Shown: positions 9,060-20,017, numbered from the stretch's first letter. The stretch is DNA of 56,007 nucleotides from Ruminococcaceae bacterium UBA3329 (GCA_002361875.1 DERX01000013.1:1-56007); one strand, 5' to 3'. The notes: generated from the letters alone by a model not told the origin. Made by a program: numbers and translations.

Positions 9060-9947
9060 TCATTTAAGTTCCCATTCGTTTATTTCAGACGATGCTTTAT
9101 AAAGAGAAATATAGTTGTTATACCTCGTTTCACTGATTTTGCCTGCTGTTACCGCCTCACCAATTTCACAGCCTTTATCGCCCGTGTGCGAGCAAGTTGA
9201 GAATTTACACTGCCCTATATAATCACGGAATTCACGGAAGCAATAGGCCAATTCGTCTTTGGGAATCATTTCATTTTTATCAAACTCAAATGAAGAAAAA
9301 CCGGGCGTATCGACAACAAAACCGCCGCATACCTTAAAAAGCTCTGCCTGACGGGTTGTGTGCCGCCCTCTGCCAAGCTTTTGGCTAATAGGTGCAGTTG
9401 ACAAATTAAGAGAAGGGTCAATTCTGTTTAACAGCGTAGACTTACCCACACCTGAATTTCCCGTAAAGGCATTTGTCTTGCCTTTCATAAGTGCCTTTAA
9501 TTCGTCAACAGAACCGTTTTCGATTAAAGATATTACAGATATTCCACTTTTGTCATAAACATCTCTTACGGCGTTTACAGGAGCAATATCGCCCTTTGAA
9601 ATAACTATTATCGGTTCAATACCCTTATATTCCGCATTTGCAATTATTCTGTCTGCGACAAGGAAATTCGGCTTTGGCTCAGTAGTTGAAATAACAATAA
9701 TCAGATTATCAATATTGCTTACCGGAGGACGGTTAAGAAAATTTTTCCGCTTATGGATTTCATCAATTGTGTTTTCGGCATTGCTGTTAACTGAAATTGT
9801 TACACAGTCACCGACAAGAGGGGTTATTCGGCTTTTGCGAAAAGCACCTCTCGCTTTACATTCATATACCGTATCGGCGGATTCTACATAATAGAAACCG
9901 CCGATACCTTTAATTATTGTTCCCTGACACTTTAGCATATTTACCAT
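9060..9947 (-). CDS. rsgA: Ribosome small-subunit-dependent GTPase A
   Basis: Circularly permuted GTPase with the G1 motif GNSGVGKSTLLN, GRGRHTTR, and the C-terminal zinc knuckle CKFSTCSHTGDKGC. The N-terminal 35 codons of the ORF-track call overlap the prkC tail and were trimmed (ATG at 9947 or 9938). Confidence 0.9.
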   Translation of the reverse strand: MVNMLKCQGTIIKGIGGFYYVESADTVYECKARGAFRKSRITPLVGDCVTISVNSNAENTIDEIHKRKNFLNRPPVSNIDNLIIVISTTEPKPNFLVADRIIANAEYKGIEPIIVISKGDIAPVNAVRDVYDKSGISVISLIENGSVDELKALMKGKTNAFTGNSGVGKSTLLNRIDPSLNLSTAPISQKLGRGRHTTRQAELFKVCGGFVVDTPGFSSFEFDKNEMIPKDELAYCFREFRDYIGQCKFSTCSHTGDKGCEIGEAVTAGKISETRYNNYISLYKASSEINEWELK

Positions 9948-9960
9948 TTCACTGTTGTAA

Positions 9961-12171
9961 CTACGCCGTCGGATTGGTCGCTGCCGGAGCTGTAGATCCA
10001 TCAGCCGGTGAAACAGCTGTTGGCGGTGTAGCTGTCGCCGGCTGCTCTGCAATTACAAGCGTGATTGCAGAATTTGTTGCACATCTTGCTGTACCGTCAG
10101 ATGCAGGAGTTTGCTCAATTACCGTTCCGGCAGTTGCGACAGCATCCGCTTTATATGATACTTTAACATTATTGAATTTCGCATCGGAAAGAATCTTTTT
10201 TGCTTCTGCCTCTGTCTTTCCCCTTACATCAGGCAAAGCATCGTAAACATTGGTAGTGACATTTCCGGTATTGAAATCAATCACACCATCCTGAACCTTT
10301 ACTCCGTCTATTACAACAGAATACGGAACATCTGTGCCCGAACCGTTTACTTGATATGTTTTTTCAGAATTATCTTGGAAAATTCTGTCCTTCTCAAGCT
10401 GCGGCTCGTTATTAACATATATTATAATCTTACCTTCTTTTTGAGTATTTAAAAGCATCACGGTAAGATTAACTGAAACATCAGGTTTTTTTCCGTTACT
10501 TACAGCAAAATTAATTTTAGTTCCTTCGGGAACCATTGAATCAGCTTCTGTTTCCTGAGAAACAACTCTGTCCTTTTCACTTTCACTCGGAACTTCTTCA
10601 ATTTTGCCTACATCAAGTCCTACTGCGTTCAATGCAATTTTTGCTTCATCGACAGTCATATTAAGAAGTTTAGGTACTTTAACTGTTTTCTTATCAGAGG
10701 CAACAAAAACAGTAACAGTAGATGCATACGGAACGCTTGTGCCGATTGCAGGCTCAGTACGAATAATTTTACCTGTTTCGACATCGTCGCGGCTTTCATA
10801 TTCCACAAGAGGCATAAGCATAAGCGTATTTCTTAAATAATTTATCGCTTGATCTTCAGTCATATTAAGAATTGAATCATCTAAAAGAACATTTGCGTTA
10901 TTTTCAACAACTTCAAGAGTTATTTTAGTGCCTTTTTTTACTTTTGTATTTGCTTCAGGGTCCTGTGAAACAATAGTACCGTCACTGAAATTTTCATTTT
11001 TAACAGCTACTGTTTCAAATTGAAAATCTTTATATTCATTGTTTTTTTCAACATCATTGTAATAATTAAGATTTTTGAAATCGGGCACTACAAGCTTTTT
11101 TCCGCCAACCGCAGAAAGAATAGCGAAAATTACAATTGCAAGCACAACAATTCCGGAAACAGCGCCTATCATTACAGCCGTTGTTTTGTTTACAGATTTC
11201 TTTTGTGCCTCTTCTTCAGTAATTTCGCCATCATCTACAGGTGATGAAACACCTTGAGCACCTGTAACAGTAACATATCTCGTTGGCTCTTTATCAACAA
11301 AATAGGTGTAATTAAACTTAACAGCAGGATTTCTTTTAAACTCATTTATATCAACAAGCATTTCTGCGGCAGACTGATATCTGTCAGCAGTATTTTTTTG
11401 CATAGCTCGCATTGTTATCTGCTCAAGACCTAAAGGCAATGACGGAACAAGTTCACGAGGCCGTACAGGATCATTCTGTAACTGCATAAGCGCAATTGAA
11501 ACTGCACTGTCAGATTGAAACGGAAGCTGACCTGTAAGCATTTCATAAAGCACTACGCCTACTGAATAAATATCTGCCTTGTCATCAGTCATCTCACCCC
11601 TTGCTTGTTCAGGACTGATGTAATGAACTGAACCGATTGCATTTTCTGACGTTGTATTATTGTCAATTCTGCTAAATCTTGCAATACCGAAATCAGTAAC
11701 CTTAATTGTACCGTCATGAAGAAGCATAATGTTTTGAGGCTTAATATCCTGATGAACAATTCCTTTATCATGAGCGTGCTGAAGTGCCGCCAAAATTTGT
11801 CCAGTAAAGTGAACAGCCTCTTTCCAGTTTATAACGCCCTGCTGCTGAATATATTCTTTCAAGGTTATACCGTCAACATACTCTTCAACAATATATTGGA
11901 GTCTGTCGCCGAAGCTAACATTGTAAACACGGACAATATTAGGATGAGAAAGCACAGCAATAGCCTTTGACTCATTTTTAAAACGGCGCTTAAACTCCTC
12001 ATTTGTTAAGTATTCATCTTTTAATATTTTAATTGCTACAATTCGGTCATCAATGTTGTCATACGCCTTGTAGACAACTGCCATACCGCCTACGCCGATT
12101 ATATCGCTTATTTCATAACGTCCGTCAAGACGCTTTCCGCAGAAATTATCCATAAAATATCTCCTTATCAA
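9961..12171 (-). CDS. prkC: Ser/Thr protein kinase with extracellular PASTA repeats
   Basis: Hanks kinase motifs GVGGMAVVYKA, HQDIKPQNIML, DFGIA and SPEQ. One TM helix follows, then repeated PASTA-like units and a P/T/A-rich tail. Confidence 0.93.
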   Translation of the reverse strand: MIRRYFMDNFCGKRLDGRYEISDIIGVGGMAVVYKAYDNIDDRIVAIKILKDEYLTNEEFKRRFKNESKAIAVLSHPNIVRVYNVSFGDRLQYIVEEYVDGITLKEYIQQQGVINWKEAVHFTGQILAALQHAHDKGIVHQDIKPQNIMLLHDGTIKVTDFGIARFSRIDNNTTSENAIGSVHYISPEQARGEMTDDKADIYSVGVVLYEMLTGQLPFQSDSAVSIALMQLQNDPVRPRELVPSLPLGLEQITMRAMQKNTADRYQSAAEMLVDINEFKRNPAVKFNYTYFVDKEPTRYVTVTGAQGVSSPVDDGEITEEEAQKKSVNKTTAVMIGAVSGIVVLAIVIFAILSAVGGKKLVVPDFKNLNYYNDVEKNNEYKDFQFETVAVKNENFSDGTIVSQDPEANTKVKKGTKITLEVVENNANVLLDDSILNMTEDQAINYLRNTLMLMPLVEYESRDDVETGKIIRTEPAIGTSVPYASTVTVFVASDKKTVKVPKLLNMTVDEAKIALNAVGLDVGKIEEVPSESEKDRVVSQETEADSMVPEGTKINFAVSNGKKPDVSVNLTVMLLNTQKEGKIIIYVNNEPQLEKDRIFQDNSEKTYQVNGSGTDVPYSVVIDGVKVQDGVIDFNTGNVTTNVYDALPDVRGKTEAEAKKILSDAKFNNVKVSYKADAVATAGTVIEQTPASDGTARCATNSAITLVIAEQPATATPPTAVSPADGSTAPAATNPTA

Positions 12172-12896
12172 TAAGAAAGTGTAACAACAGTAATATTGTC
12201 GCCGCCACCGTTTTCATTTGCTCTGTTAACAAGCCTTTCGGAAAAATCGTTAAACTTACCGTCCGAGGTTAACTCAATTATTTCCTCAACAGAAACATAA
12301 TTGGTCAAACCGTCGGTACAAATCAAAACAACGCCGTCTTCCTCTATAAATTCTTCACAAAAATCAACATTGAGCTCATTTTCAACTCCAAGTGCTCTTG
12401 TGATTATATTTTTTCTGGGATCATCTTTAGCCTCGTCAGGGGTCATTTGCCCTCTGTCGACCATTTCCTGAACAAAAGAGTGGTCTTTTGTAATCTGTTT
12501 CAAAATTCCGTTTGAAAGAATATATGCTCGTGAATCGCCTGCATGAGCAACATAAACTGATTGGTCTGCAATTATTGCAGCCACAACCGTTGTACCCATT
12601 CCTGCAAGATTGTCATTTAATTTACTTTCATCAAAGACTTCAATGTTTGCAGCGGCAATCGCTGAAGTCAGTAAATTTCTGATTGCATTGTAGCTCATTC
12701 CTTCTTTATAAAAAGAGGTAATTCGCTCTGATATAATTTTTACAGCAGTTGAGCTTGCCACATTACCGCCCGATGCACCGCCCATACCGTCACATACAAC
12801 TGCCCATGCGACGCTGTTCGGAAGCTCGCCCGCCGCATACGAATCCTGATTGTTCGGACGGACGGAACCTACATCGGTTTTAGCAACAATTCTCAT
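12168..12896 (-). CDS. prpC: PP2C-family Ser/Thr phosphatase
   Basis: PP2C motifs VCDGMGG, LICTDGL and DNITVV. A 4-nt overlap links it to prkC. Confidence 0.9.
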   Translation of the reverse strand: MRIVAKTDVGSVRPNNQDSYAAGELPNSVAWAVVCDGMGGASGGNVASSTAVKIISERITSFYKEGMSYNAIRNLLTSAIAAANIEVFDESKLNDNLAGMGTTVVAAIIADQSVYVAHAGDSRAYILSNGILKQITKDHSFVQEMVDRGQMTPDEAKDDPRKNIITRALGVENELNVDFCEEFIEEDGVVLICTDGLTNYVSVEEIIELTSDGKFNDFSERLVNRANENGGGDNITVVTLSY

Positions 12897-13934
12897 TTAA
12901 TCACCTGTCTTTCTTTTAGAAGCCCTGAGCTGACCGCAGGACGCATTTATGTCACTGCCGAGTGTTCTTCTGACAGTAGCGGTAATTCCGCTTTTTTCAA
13001 GAATCTCCGCAAAGCGCTTTTGACGCTCCTGCGAGCTTTTCTCATAATTTCTTTCACGAACATTGTTAACGGGAATAAGGTTAACATGGCACAGCGTGCC
13101 TTTAAGCCGTGACGCAAGCTCTTCCGCCGCACTGTCACTGTCATTAAGACCTCTTATCATTGCATATTCAAATGAAATCCGTCTGCCTGTTATATTTTCA
13201 TAATAACGGCAAGCCTTTAAAAGTTCTTCAATGTCATATTTCACATTAACAGGCATTGATTTTGAACGAATTTGATTATTCGGTGCGTGAAGCGAAACAG
13301 AAAGGGTTAAACCAAGCTTTCTGTCTGCTAAATCGTAAATTCTCGGAACAATTCCGCAGGTTGAAAGAGAAATATGGCGAATACTCATATTTTGACCTTT
13401 TTCATCGGTCAAAAGTTCAATAAAACGCATTACATTGTCAAAATTGTCAAGCGGTTCGCCTGTCCCCATTAAAACAAGGTGGTTAATTTTAATACCTAAA
13501 TCCCTTTGTGCAGTAAAAACCTCGGAAAGCATTTCACCTGCCGAAAGCTGACGGACAAATCCGCCGATTGCAGACGCACAAAAGGTACATCCCATTTTAC
13601 AGCCGACCTGTGACGAAACGCAGATTGAATAGCCGTATTTATATTTCATCACAACGCTTTCAATGTATTCGCCGTCATAAAGCTCAAAAAGATATTTAAC
13701 CGTGCCGTCAAGCTTCGAAACAAGCTTTGTATTGATTTTACAGCCGTAAAAGCTGAATTTTTCGGAGAGCGCTGTACGCAGTTTTTCAGGAACATTTGTC
13801 ATTTCGTCAAATGAAGAAACGCACTTTTCCTGCACCCAAGAATAAATTTGCTTTGCTCTGAACTGCGGAAAACCCATTTCGAGGATCTCGGCGGTCAGCT
13901 CTTCAATTGTCAAAGCACGAATATCCTTCGGCAT
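12897..13934 (-). CDS. rlmN: 23S rRNA/tRNA (adenine-C2) methyltransferase, radical SAM
   Basis: Radical SAM cluster motif CKMGCTFC, GTGEPL, and C-terminal SCGQL. Confidence 0.93.
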   Translation of the reverse strand: MPKDIRALTIEELTAEILEMGFPQFRAKQIYSWVQEKCVSSFDEMTNVPEKLRTALSEKFSFYGCKINTKLVSKLDGTVKYLFELYDGEYIESVVMKYKYGYSICVSSQVGCKMGCTFCASAIGGFVRQLSAGEMLSEVFTAQRDLGIKINHLVLMGTGEPLDNFDNVMRFIELLTDEKGQNMSIRHISLSTCGIVPRIYDLADRKLGLTLSVSLHAPNNQIRSKSMPVNVKYDIEELLKACRYYENITGRRISFEYAMIRGLNDSDSAAEELASRLKGTLCHVNLIPVNNVRERNYEKSSQERQKRFAEILEKSGITATVRRTLGSDINASCGQLRASKRKTGD

Positions 13935-13936
13935 AA

Positions 13937-15205
13937 TTACTCCTTAGTAAAAACGGTAAAAAAGAAACCGTCTGTTTTGTCAGTGTGCGGCATCAGCGTT
14001 ACGGGAGAGCCGTCTGACAGCTTAAAATCTTTATGCGTTTCAAGAAAACGGTTACAAACATTCTCATTTTCGTCTTTATTCAGTGAACAGGTTGAATATA
14101 CCAATCTGCCGCCTTTCTTCAAATAAAGCGAAGAAGAACAGATAATATTATATTGCAAATCTGTCAATTTGTCAATAAAGCCCAAATCCTTATACTTAAT
14201 CTCGGGTTTACGCCTGATAACGCCCAAGCCGCTGCAAGGAACATCGCAAAGAATTTTGTCGGCAAGCGGCATATCATTGTAAAAAACAGACGCATCACTT
14301 ATTTTTGTGTGTACTATGTCAATTCCAAGCCGTTTTGCACCTGAATTTATCAAAGAAAGTCTGTGCTCATAAAGGTCAAATGAATAAACTTTACCATTAT
14401 TATGCATTTTTTCGGCAATTGTAAAGGATTTTCCGCCGGGTGCTGCGCACATATCAAGCACTGTTTCGTATGGCTTTGGGTCTAAAGCCGCAATGCATAT
14501 CTGCGATGCCAAATCCTGAACATGAAATAATCCTTTTTTATAACAGTCAGTTTGAAAAATATTGCCGGTGTTTACCGTTAAAGCGCCTTTTAAATCGCAG
14601 GCAGATGCTTCTACACCCTCATTTTGTAAAACTTTTATAAGCTCTTCTGCCGATATTTTCAGCGTATTAACGCGAATATTTAAGGGCGGGGTTTCGAGTG
14701 CTGTACTCAAAATACCTACTGCATTTTCAAATCCGTAATCTTTTATGTATTTATTAACCAAATCAATAGGACAGGAATATTTAATACTTAAATATTCAGG
14801 TGAATTTTCATTTTCAGGATAGTTTATTTCTCTATCGGCTATCTTTCGCAAAACTGAATTAACGAGACCCGACGCAAATGAAAAGCCTTGCTGTTTTACA
14901 AGCTTTACACTCTCATTAACTGCGGCGGAAACGGGCACTTTGTCCATATATTTTATTTGATAAACGCCCATTCGAAGAACCGTCAAAACCTGCGGCTTTA
15001 ACTTTTTAATAGGCTGTGATAAAATTTCGGAAAGAATATAATCAAGCGTAATTTTTCTTTCAATTACGCCGTAAACCAATGCACGGACAAAAGGCTCACT
15101 GCAAGCCTCCTCTTTGCCGAGAACCGTGTCGAGAGTGAGGTTGGAATAAGCCTTGTCTTTTTCTATTTTTAATAAAATTTTATAAGCAATTGTTCTGTCA
15201 TTCAT
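13937..15205 (-). CDS. rsmB: 16S rRNA (cytosine967-C5) methyltransferase
   Basis: NusB-like N-domain, SAM site DMCAAPGGKS, and catalytic motifs DVPCSGLG and YSTCS. Confidence 0.9.
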   Translation of the reverse strand: MNDRTIAYKILLKIEKDKAYSNLTLDTVLGKEEACSEPFVRALVYGVIERKITLDYILSEILSQPIKKLKPQVLTVLRMGVYQIKYMDKVPVSAAVNESVKLVKQQGFSFASGLVNSVLRKIADREINYPENENSPEYLSIKYSCPIDLVNKYIKDYGFENAVGILSTALETPPLNIRVNTLKISAEELIKVLQNEGVEASACDLKGALTVNTGNIFQTDCYKKGLFHVQDLASQICIAALDPKPYETVLDMCAAPGGKSFTIAEKMHNNGKVYSFDLYEHRLSLINSGAKRLGIDIVHTKISDASVFYNDMPLADKILCDVPCSGLGVIRRKPEIKYKDLGFIDKLTDLQYNIICSSSLYLKKGGRLVYSTCSLNKDENENVCNRFLETHKDFKLSDGSPVTLMPHTDKTDGFFFTVFTKE

Positions 15206-15208
15206 AAA

Positions 15209-15889
15209 TCAGTGCCGCCTTCTGTTTGTAAGGAGAACAAGTCTTAAAAGGTTTGCAAGACTCACTGCCAAAGATGCAACATATGTGAGTGCTGCCGCAG
15301 TCAAAACCTTTTTAACGCCTTTTAATTCGTCTGCGCCAAGTATTCCCATTCCGTCAATCACCGAAACGGCTCTTCTGCTTGCATTAAACTCCACAGGAAG
15401 CGTTACGATTTGGAAAAATACCGCCAATCCGAAAAATGCAATACCGAGCGTTACTAAAAAATCAAAACTGAAAACGAGTCCTAATATTGCAAGAGGAAAT
15501 CCTACTTTTGAGCCTATTGAGCAAGCCGGATAAATTACGGAACGGAGCTTTACCGGAAAATACCCCTCGGCATACTGTGCCGCATGACCTGCCTCATGAC
15601 ACGCAACACCGATTGCCGCCACAGAGGTGGAATTGTAAACCTTGTCGGAAAGACGAATTACATTGGCTTTCGGATCATAATGATCGGTAAGCTTACCCGC
15701 CACCTGTTCGACAGCCACATTATTTATTCCGTAATAGCGTAAAACCTCATTTGCAGCCTGCGCACCTGTAAGACCGCGCAAGGAGCTAATCTGCGAATAT
15801 TTATTAAAGGCGCTGTTTACCTTTGCGGAAGCAATGAAAGAAAACAGTACCATCGGTAAAACTAAAATGAAATAATAGTAATTCGACAT
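15209..15889 (-). CDS. Membrane zinc metallopeptidase (YugP-like)
   Basis: HEAGHAAQ zinc motif flanked by TM helices. Start trimmed to the ATG at 15889 to remove the overlap with fmt. Confidence 0.75.
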   Translation of the reverse strand: MSNYYYFILVLPMVLFSFIASAKVNSAFNKYSQISSLRGLTGAQAANEVLRYYGINNVAVEQVAGKLTDHYDPKANVIRLSDKVYNSTSVAAIGVACHEAGHAAQYAEGYFPVKLRSVIYPACSIGSKVGFPLAILGLVFSFDFLVTLGIAFFGLAVFFQIVTLPVEFNASRRAVSVIDGMGILGADELKGVKKVLTAAALTYVASLAVSLANLLRLVLLTNRRRH

Positions 15890-15917
15890 AAAATAATATG
15901 AATGATAGCCCAAGAAA

Positions 15918-16847
15918 TTACCTCCCAAGAACAGTCCCTTTTTCAATTGGATGTCCTCTTAAAAAGTCCGAATAATTCATACGCTTTTTGCCCTCAAGCT
16001 GAACAGTTTTGAGCGAAACAACTTTACCGTCGCCGCAGGCAACACAGATTCCGCCGTCAAGCGAAATAACCGTACCTGCCTTTTTTTCGGTTGTTATATC
16101 GGAAAGTCTGCTTTCCTGAACCTTTAACACCTTGCCGTTTAACTTTGTAACGGCGACAGGCCACGGGTAAAGTCCTCTTATTTTATTGTGAATATTTTGC
16201 GCCGTATCCGAAAAATCAATAGGGCAAAGCTCCTTTGAAAGCATTGAAGCATAAGATGAAAGAGCGTCGTCTTGCTTTTGCGGATTTAAATTGCCCTCTT
16301 TCAGTGAATCAATTGTTTCGGTCAAAACATTAGCGCCGAGAACAGACAGGGCATCGTGAAGCTCACCCGCATTCATATTTTCGGTTATTTCAACCGACTT
16401 TTTAACGAGCATATCGCCTGTGTCAAGACCTATATCCATCTGCATAGATGTAACTCCCGTAACCGATTCACCGTTTAAAATGCTCCACTGTATGGGTGCC
16501 GCACCGCGAAGCTTTGGAAGCAGTGATGCGTGAATGTTAATACAGCCGTATTTAACGCTTTCCAAAATCTCTTTCGGTAATATTTTGCCGAATGCGACAA
16601 CAATTATAAGCTCTGCATTAAGGCTGTTTATTATTTCCAGCGCTTTTCCGTCACGCATTGAAACAGGCTGAAAAACAGGGATATTATATTTCTCGGCGCA
16701 AACCTTTACAGGCGGCGGTGTAAGCTCATACCCTCTGCCCTTTGGTTTGTCAGGCTGAGTAAATACTCCGACAACCTCTTCATTTTTAATAAGCTCTTCA
16801 AGGCAAGGCACCGAAAAATCAGGTGTGCCCATAAAAATTACTCTCAT
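15918..16847 (-). CDS. fmt: Methionyl-tRNA formyltransferase
   Basis: Signature HASLLPKLRGAAPIQW, and position directly after def. Confidence 0.93.
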   Translation of the reverse strand: MRVIFMGTPDFSVPCLEELIKNEEVVGVFTQPDKPKGRGYELTPPPVKVCAEKYNIPVFQPVSMRDGKALEIINSLNAELIIVVAFGKILPKEILESVKYGCINIHASLLPKLRGAAPIQWSILNGESVTGVTSMQMDIGLDTGDMLVKKSVEITENMNAGELHDALSVLGANVLTETIDSLKEGNLNPQKQDDALSSYASMLSKELCPIDFSDTAQNIHNKIRGLYPWPVAVTKLNGKVLKVQESRLSDITTEKKAGTVISLDGGICVACGDGKVVSLKTVQLEGKKRMNYSDFLRGHPIEKGTVLGR

Positions 16848-16849
16848 AT

Positions 16850-17323
16850 TTAATCTTCTTTTCTGTATTTTTCTATTTCTTCTTTTGTTGCTTTTTTGTC
16901 AATGAAAAGCGTACCCTTTAAATGGTCAAGCTCATGGCAAAATGCTCTCGCTTTTAAGCCCTCACCTTTATAAACGCACCATTTGCCGTCACGGTTTAAA
17001 GCTTTTACCTTAACACTTGCCGGACGGATTGTGTAGCTTTGCTTGCCCGGGAGCGAAAGGCAACCCTCAACATCACACTGAACACCGTCAGATTCGATAA
17101 TTTCAGGGTTTATAAGCTCCATAAGACCGTCGCCCACATCAATTACGACAACATTCCGCAAAACGCCAACCTGCACGGCGGCAAGTCCTACGCCGTCCGC
17201 CGCATACATAGTTTCAGCCATATCGTCAAGCAGGGTTAAAATTCTGCTGTTTATCTCCGTGACCTCGCGGCTGTTCTTTCTTAAAATTTCATCGTCTTCT
17301 GTTCTGATATTTCTTATAGCCAT
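16850..17323 (-). CDS. def: Peptide deformylase
   Basis: Motifs [15 protein letters not shown] and HELDH. Confidence 0.93.
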   Translation of the reverse strand: MAIRNIRTEDDEILRKNSREVTEINSRILTLLDDMAETMYAADGVGLAAVQVGVLRNVVVIDVGDGLMELINPEIIESDGVQCDVEGCLSLPGKQSYTIRPASVKVKALNRDGKWCVYKGEGLKARAFCHELDHLKGTLFIDKKATKEEIEKYRKED

Positions 17324-17331
17324 TTTTTACC

Positions 17332-19776
17332 TCATATTATGTCCTCGGGATTCATATCCGCAAAGGCACTTATTTCTTTATTGTTTTTCAAAAAATCTTT
17401 CAAGAGTACGCTTATCATATCACGCAGTCTTTTAGTATTTTTACACTTAATTATAATTCTTACCCTGTATTTACCGTTAATTTTTGCAATTTTCGGAATA
17501 GCAGGACCGAGTACAATTATATTTTGTTCGGAATATTGCTCCGAATGTAAAGCTTTTAAATCATTTAAAAATTTGCATGCGGCTTTCATTGTGAGCGTTT
17601 CGGATTCACCCGAAAAACCTATAACACATATATCGCAAAACGGCGGATAAACCATTTGCTTACGAATCGGCAATTCCACATTGTAAAACGCTTCATAATC
17701 CTGCGATTTGGCAAAATCTATAACCTCATTTTCAACGAAATCGGTTTGAATAAAAGCCTTTCCGGGACTGTCGCCCCTGCCGCTTCGCCCGACAACCTGC
17801 GTAACCAAATCAAACGCCCGTTCCATAGCCTTGTAATCGTCATTATAAAGCATTTGGTCAATGCAAAGAACGCCTACAAGCGTAACATTCGGAAAATCAA
17901 GCCCCTTTGAGACCATTTGAGTGCCGATTAAAATGTCATATTCATTTTTGGCGAATGCTTTGAATTTATCTTCGTACGAATACCGTGACACTGTTGTGTC
18001 TGCATCCATTCTAAGCACTCTTGCAGAGGGGACAATTTCAGCGAGCTGTTCTTCAAGCCTTTGTGTGCCTGAACCCTTAAAGCTCAATGTGTCGTTTCCG
18101 CAATTTGAGCATTTTTTTGTGAACGGCACCGAATAACCGCAATAGTGGCACATAAGGCGACCGTTTTTAATGTGGTAAGTCAGCGAAATACTGCAGTTTG
18201 GACAGGAAGCTACCGTTCCGCACTCGGTACAGCGGGCAAAGGTGTTGTACCCCCGCCTGTTTAAAAGCAAAATTGACTGCTTACCGTTTTCAAAATTATC
18301 TTTAATAGCATCGGAAAGACGGTTACTGATATTGTCAGTCGCCATATCCGAATTATATGTTGTGTCAACAGCCTCAACGCTTGGCAGAACAGCATTTCCG
18401 TATCTGTTTTTCAGCGTAAAAAGTGAATAAATGCCTGTTTGCGCTTTTGTATATGTGTCAAAAGACGGTGTTGCAGAGGAAAGCAATAAAAGTCCGTTAT
18501 GCTTACCTATTCTGTAAGCAGCAACATCCTTGGCGCTGTAACGAGGAGTCATTTCGGATTTATATGTATGCTCCTGCTCCTCGTCAATAATTATTAAGCC
18601 AATACTTTCAAACGGAGCAAAAACGGCGGAGCGTGTGCCGACTGCAATTTGCGCCTCTCCTCTTTTGACACGTTTCCATTCGTCAAGCCGTTCACCCAAT
18701 GACAGTGCGCTGTGAAAAACAGCAACCTTGTCGGAATAACGGTTATAAAAAAGTGAAATAAACTGCGGTGTTAAAGATATTTCGGGAATCATTACAATTA
18801 TTCCCTTGTCATCCTTCATCGCCTCGTCAATAAGCTTTAAATAAACCTGCGTTTTTCCGCTCCCCGTCACGCCGAACAGCAGCGCACCCTCCGCTTTTTC
18901 GGAATTGTAAAGCTTCTTTAAACCTTCAAAAGCTGTATTCTGTTCATTGGACAGGACAATCTCGCTGTTATCTTTATCCATAATACTCGTTTTAACGGAG
19001 CGGTAAACCTCACGGTCATAGGTTTCGATTATGCCTTTTGATTCAAGACCTGTTACTACCGTTGCAGAAACGCCCGCATAATAGCAAAGCTCTTTAACGG
19101 ACAAAGTTTGAAACTCCTCAAGCACATTAATTACGCTTTTTTGTTTTTGGGTAATTTTCAGAGTATTTAAATCAATCTCGTCAGATATTAACTTAACCAT
19201 TTTTAGAACGGCGTCATTTACTCTGCGTTTTGATTCGGTATTCCTAAAAAGTTTACCAGAAATAAACATTTTATCCAAAATATCCAAGCATTTTTGCAGT
19301 TTACATTCCTTTATAACTGTTTCATCCTTAAGAAAACGGTTTTTAGCAAGCAAAAATTCATATACTGACTTTTCGGTTTCGTCGGAAAAATCTCCGTTAT
19401 AATCAGGGTCAGCCGCATAAGACACGGTAATTTTTGTTGAATAACCTATGGGCAAAAACTGCTTGCACGCATCAAAATAAGTGCAAAAGGTCTGCTCACG
19501 GACAAAATTTGCCGACAAGAGCATCTCTTGGGTTAAAAGCGGTTCTAAATCAAGAACACCGCTCACTTGCTTTATTTTCGGTGAAATTTTCTTTTCTTTT
19601 CTAACGGAAAAAACCATTCCTATACGCTTTTTTGAACCGTTTCCGAAAGGAACAAACACACGAACACCGGGCTTTACCGACGGAATTAAAAAATCGGGCA
19701 CGGAATAATCAAACAGCATATCAAAGGAATATGCCGTATTTTCAACAGCAACCTTTGCTATGGTAAAAAGATTCAT
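17332..19776 (-). CDS. priA: Primosomal replication restart helicase PriA
   Basis: Walker A GVTGSGKT, DEEQEH box, and Cys-rich zinc fingers (CTECG...CPNC...CHYCG...CSNCG). Confidence 0.93.
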   Translation of the reverse strand: MNLFTIAKVAVENTAYSFDMLFDYSVPDFLIPSVKPGVRVFVPFGNGSKKRIGMVFSVRKEKKISPKIKQVSGVLDLEPLLTQEMLLSANFVREQTFCTYFDACKQFLPIGYSTKITVSYAADPDYNGDFSDETEKSVYEFLLAKNRFLKDETVIKECKLQKCLDILDKMFISGKLFRNTESKRRVNDAVLKMVKLISDEIDLNTLKITQKQKSVINVLEEFQTLSVKELCYYAGVSATVVTGLESKGIIETYDREVYRSVKTSIMDKDNSEIVLSNEQNTAFEGLKKLYNSEKAEGALLFGVTGSGKTQVYLKLIDEAMKDDKGIIVMIPEISLTPQFISLFYNRYSDKVAVFHSALSLGERLDEWKRVKRGEAQIAVGTRSAVFAPFESIGLIIIDEEQEHTYKSEMTPRYSAKDVAAYRIGKHNGLLLLSSATPSFDTYTKAQTGIYSLFTLKNRYGNAVLPSVEAVDTTYNSDMATDNISNRLSDAIKDNFENGKQSILLLNRRGYNTFARCTECGTVASCPNCSISLTYHIKNGRLMCHYCGYSVPFTKKCSNCGNDTLSFKGSGTQRLEEQLAEIVPSARVLRMDADTTVSRYSYEDKFKAFAKNEYDILIGTQMVSKGLDFPNVTLVGVLCIDQMLYNDDYKAMERAFDLVTQVVGRSGRGDSPGKAFIQTDFVENEVIDFAKSQDYEAFYNVELPIRKQMVYPPFCDICVIGFSGESETLTMKAACKFLNDLKALHSEQYSEQNIIVLGPAIPKIAKINGKYRVRIIIKCKNTKRLRDMISVLLKDFLKNNKEISAFADMNPEDII

Positions 19777-19813
19777 ACTCCGCCCCCTTTTGTATTTTAT
19801 TTAATTGTAAAAA

Positions 19814-20017
19814 TTACTTTATTTCGTCCGGCTCAATAATTTCAATTTTGCCTTCAATGATTTCATTAAGTGCAAGGCTTACGGGCTTTTCCTCAAGAAT
19901 AATGCCGTCTTCCTCAGCCTCTGCGGATATTTCTCTTGCTCTTTTTGCTGTTGCCGCAACAAGAGAATATCTGCTTTCATACTTTTCAAGTACCTTTGTT
20001 AAATCGGGATTAAACAT
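19814..20017 (-). CDS. rpoZ: DNA-directed RNA polymerase subunit omega
   Basis: 67 aa, with SRYSLVAATAKRAREI typical of omega, and position after gmk. Confidence 0.85.
   Translation of the reverse strand: MFNPDLTKVLEKYESRYSLVAATAKRAREISAEAEEDGIILEEKPVSLALNEIIEGKIEIIEPDEIK

Noticed and set aside
8854-9102. 82-aa plus-strand ORF from the track in the rsgA-lipoprotein spacer.
   Set aside because: It has no SD and overlaps the rsgA 3' end. The opposite strand carries two SD-preceded micro-ORFs, one of them SpoVM-like, which explain the region better.
9948-10052. N-terminal extensions in the ORF track. Examples are rsgA here, and also 15890-15946, 20878-20907, 32659-32760, 34866-34994, 46161-46211 and 51318-51407.
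   Set aside because: The extensions overlap the preceding gene, lack SD sequences and are not part of the conserved protein families. Internal starts with SD support were used instead.
9964-10060. GC-rich patch encoding the P/T/A-rich C-terminal tail of PrkC (ATATPPTAVSPADGSTAPAATNPTA). I considered a foreign insertion or a repeat.
   Set aside because: It is in frame and contiguous with prkC. Low-complexity extracellular tails are common in PASTA kinases, and there is no repeat structure at the DNA level.
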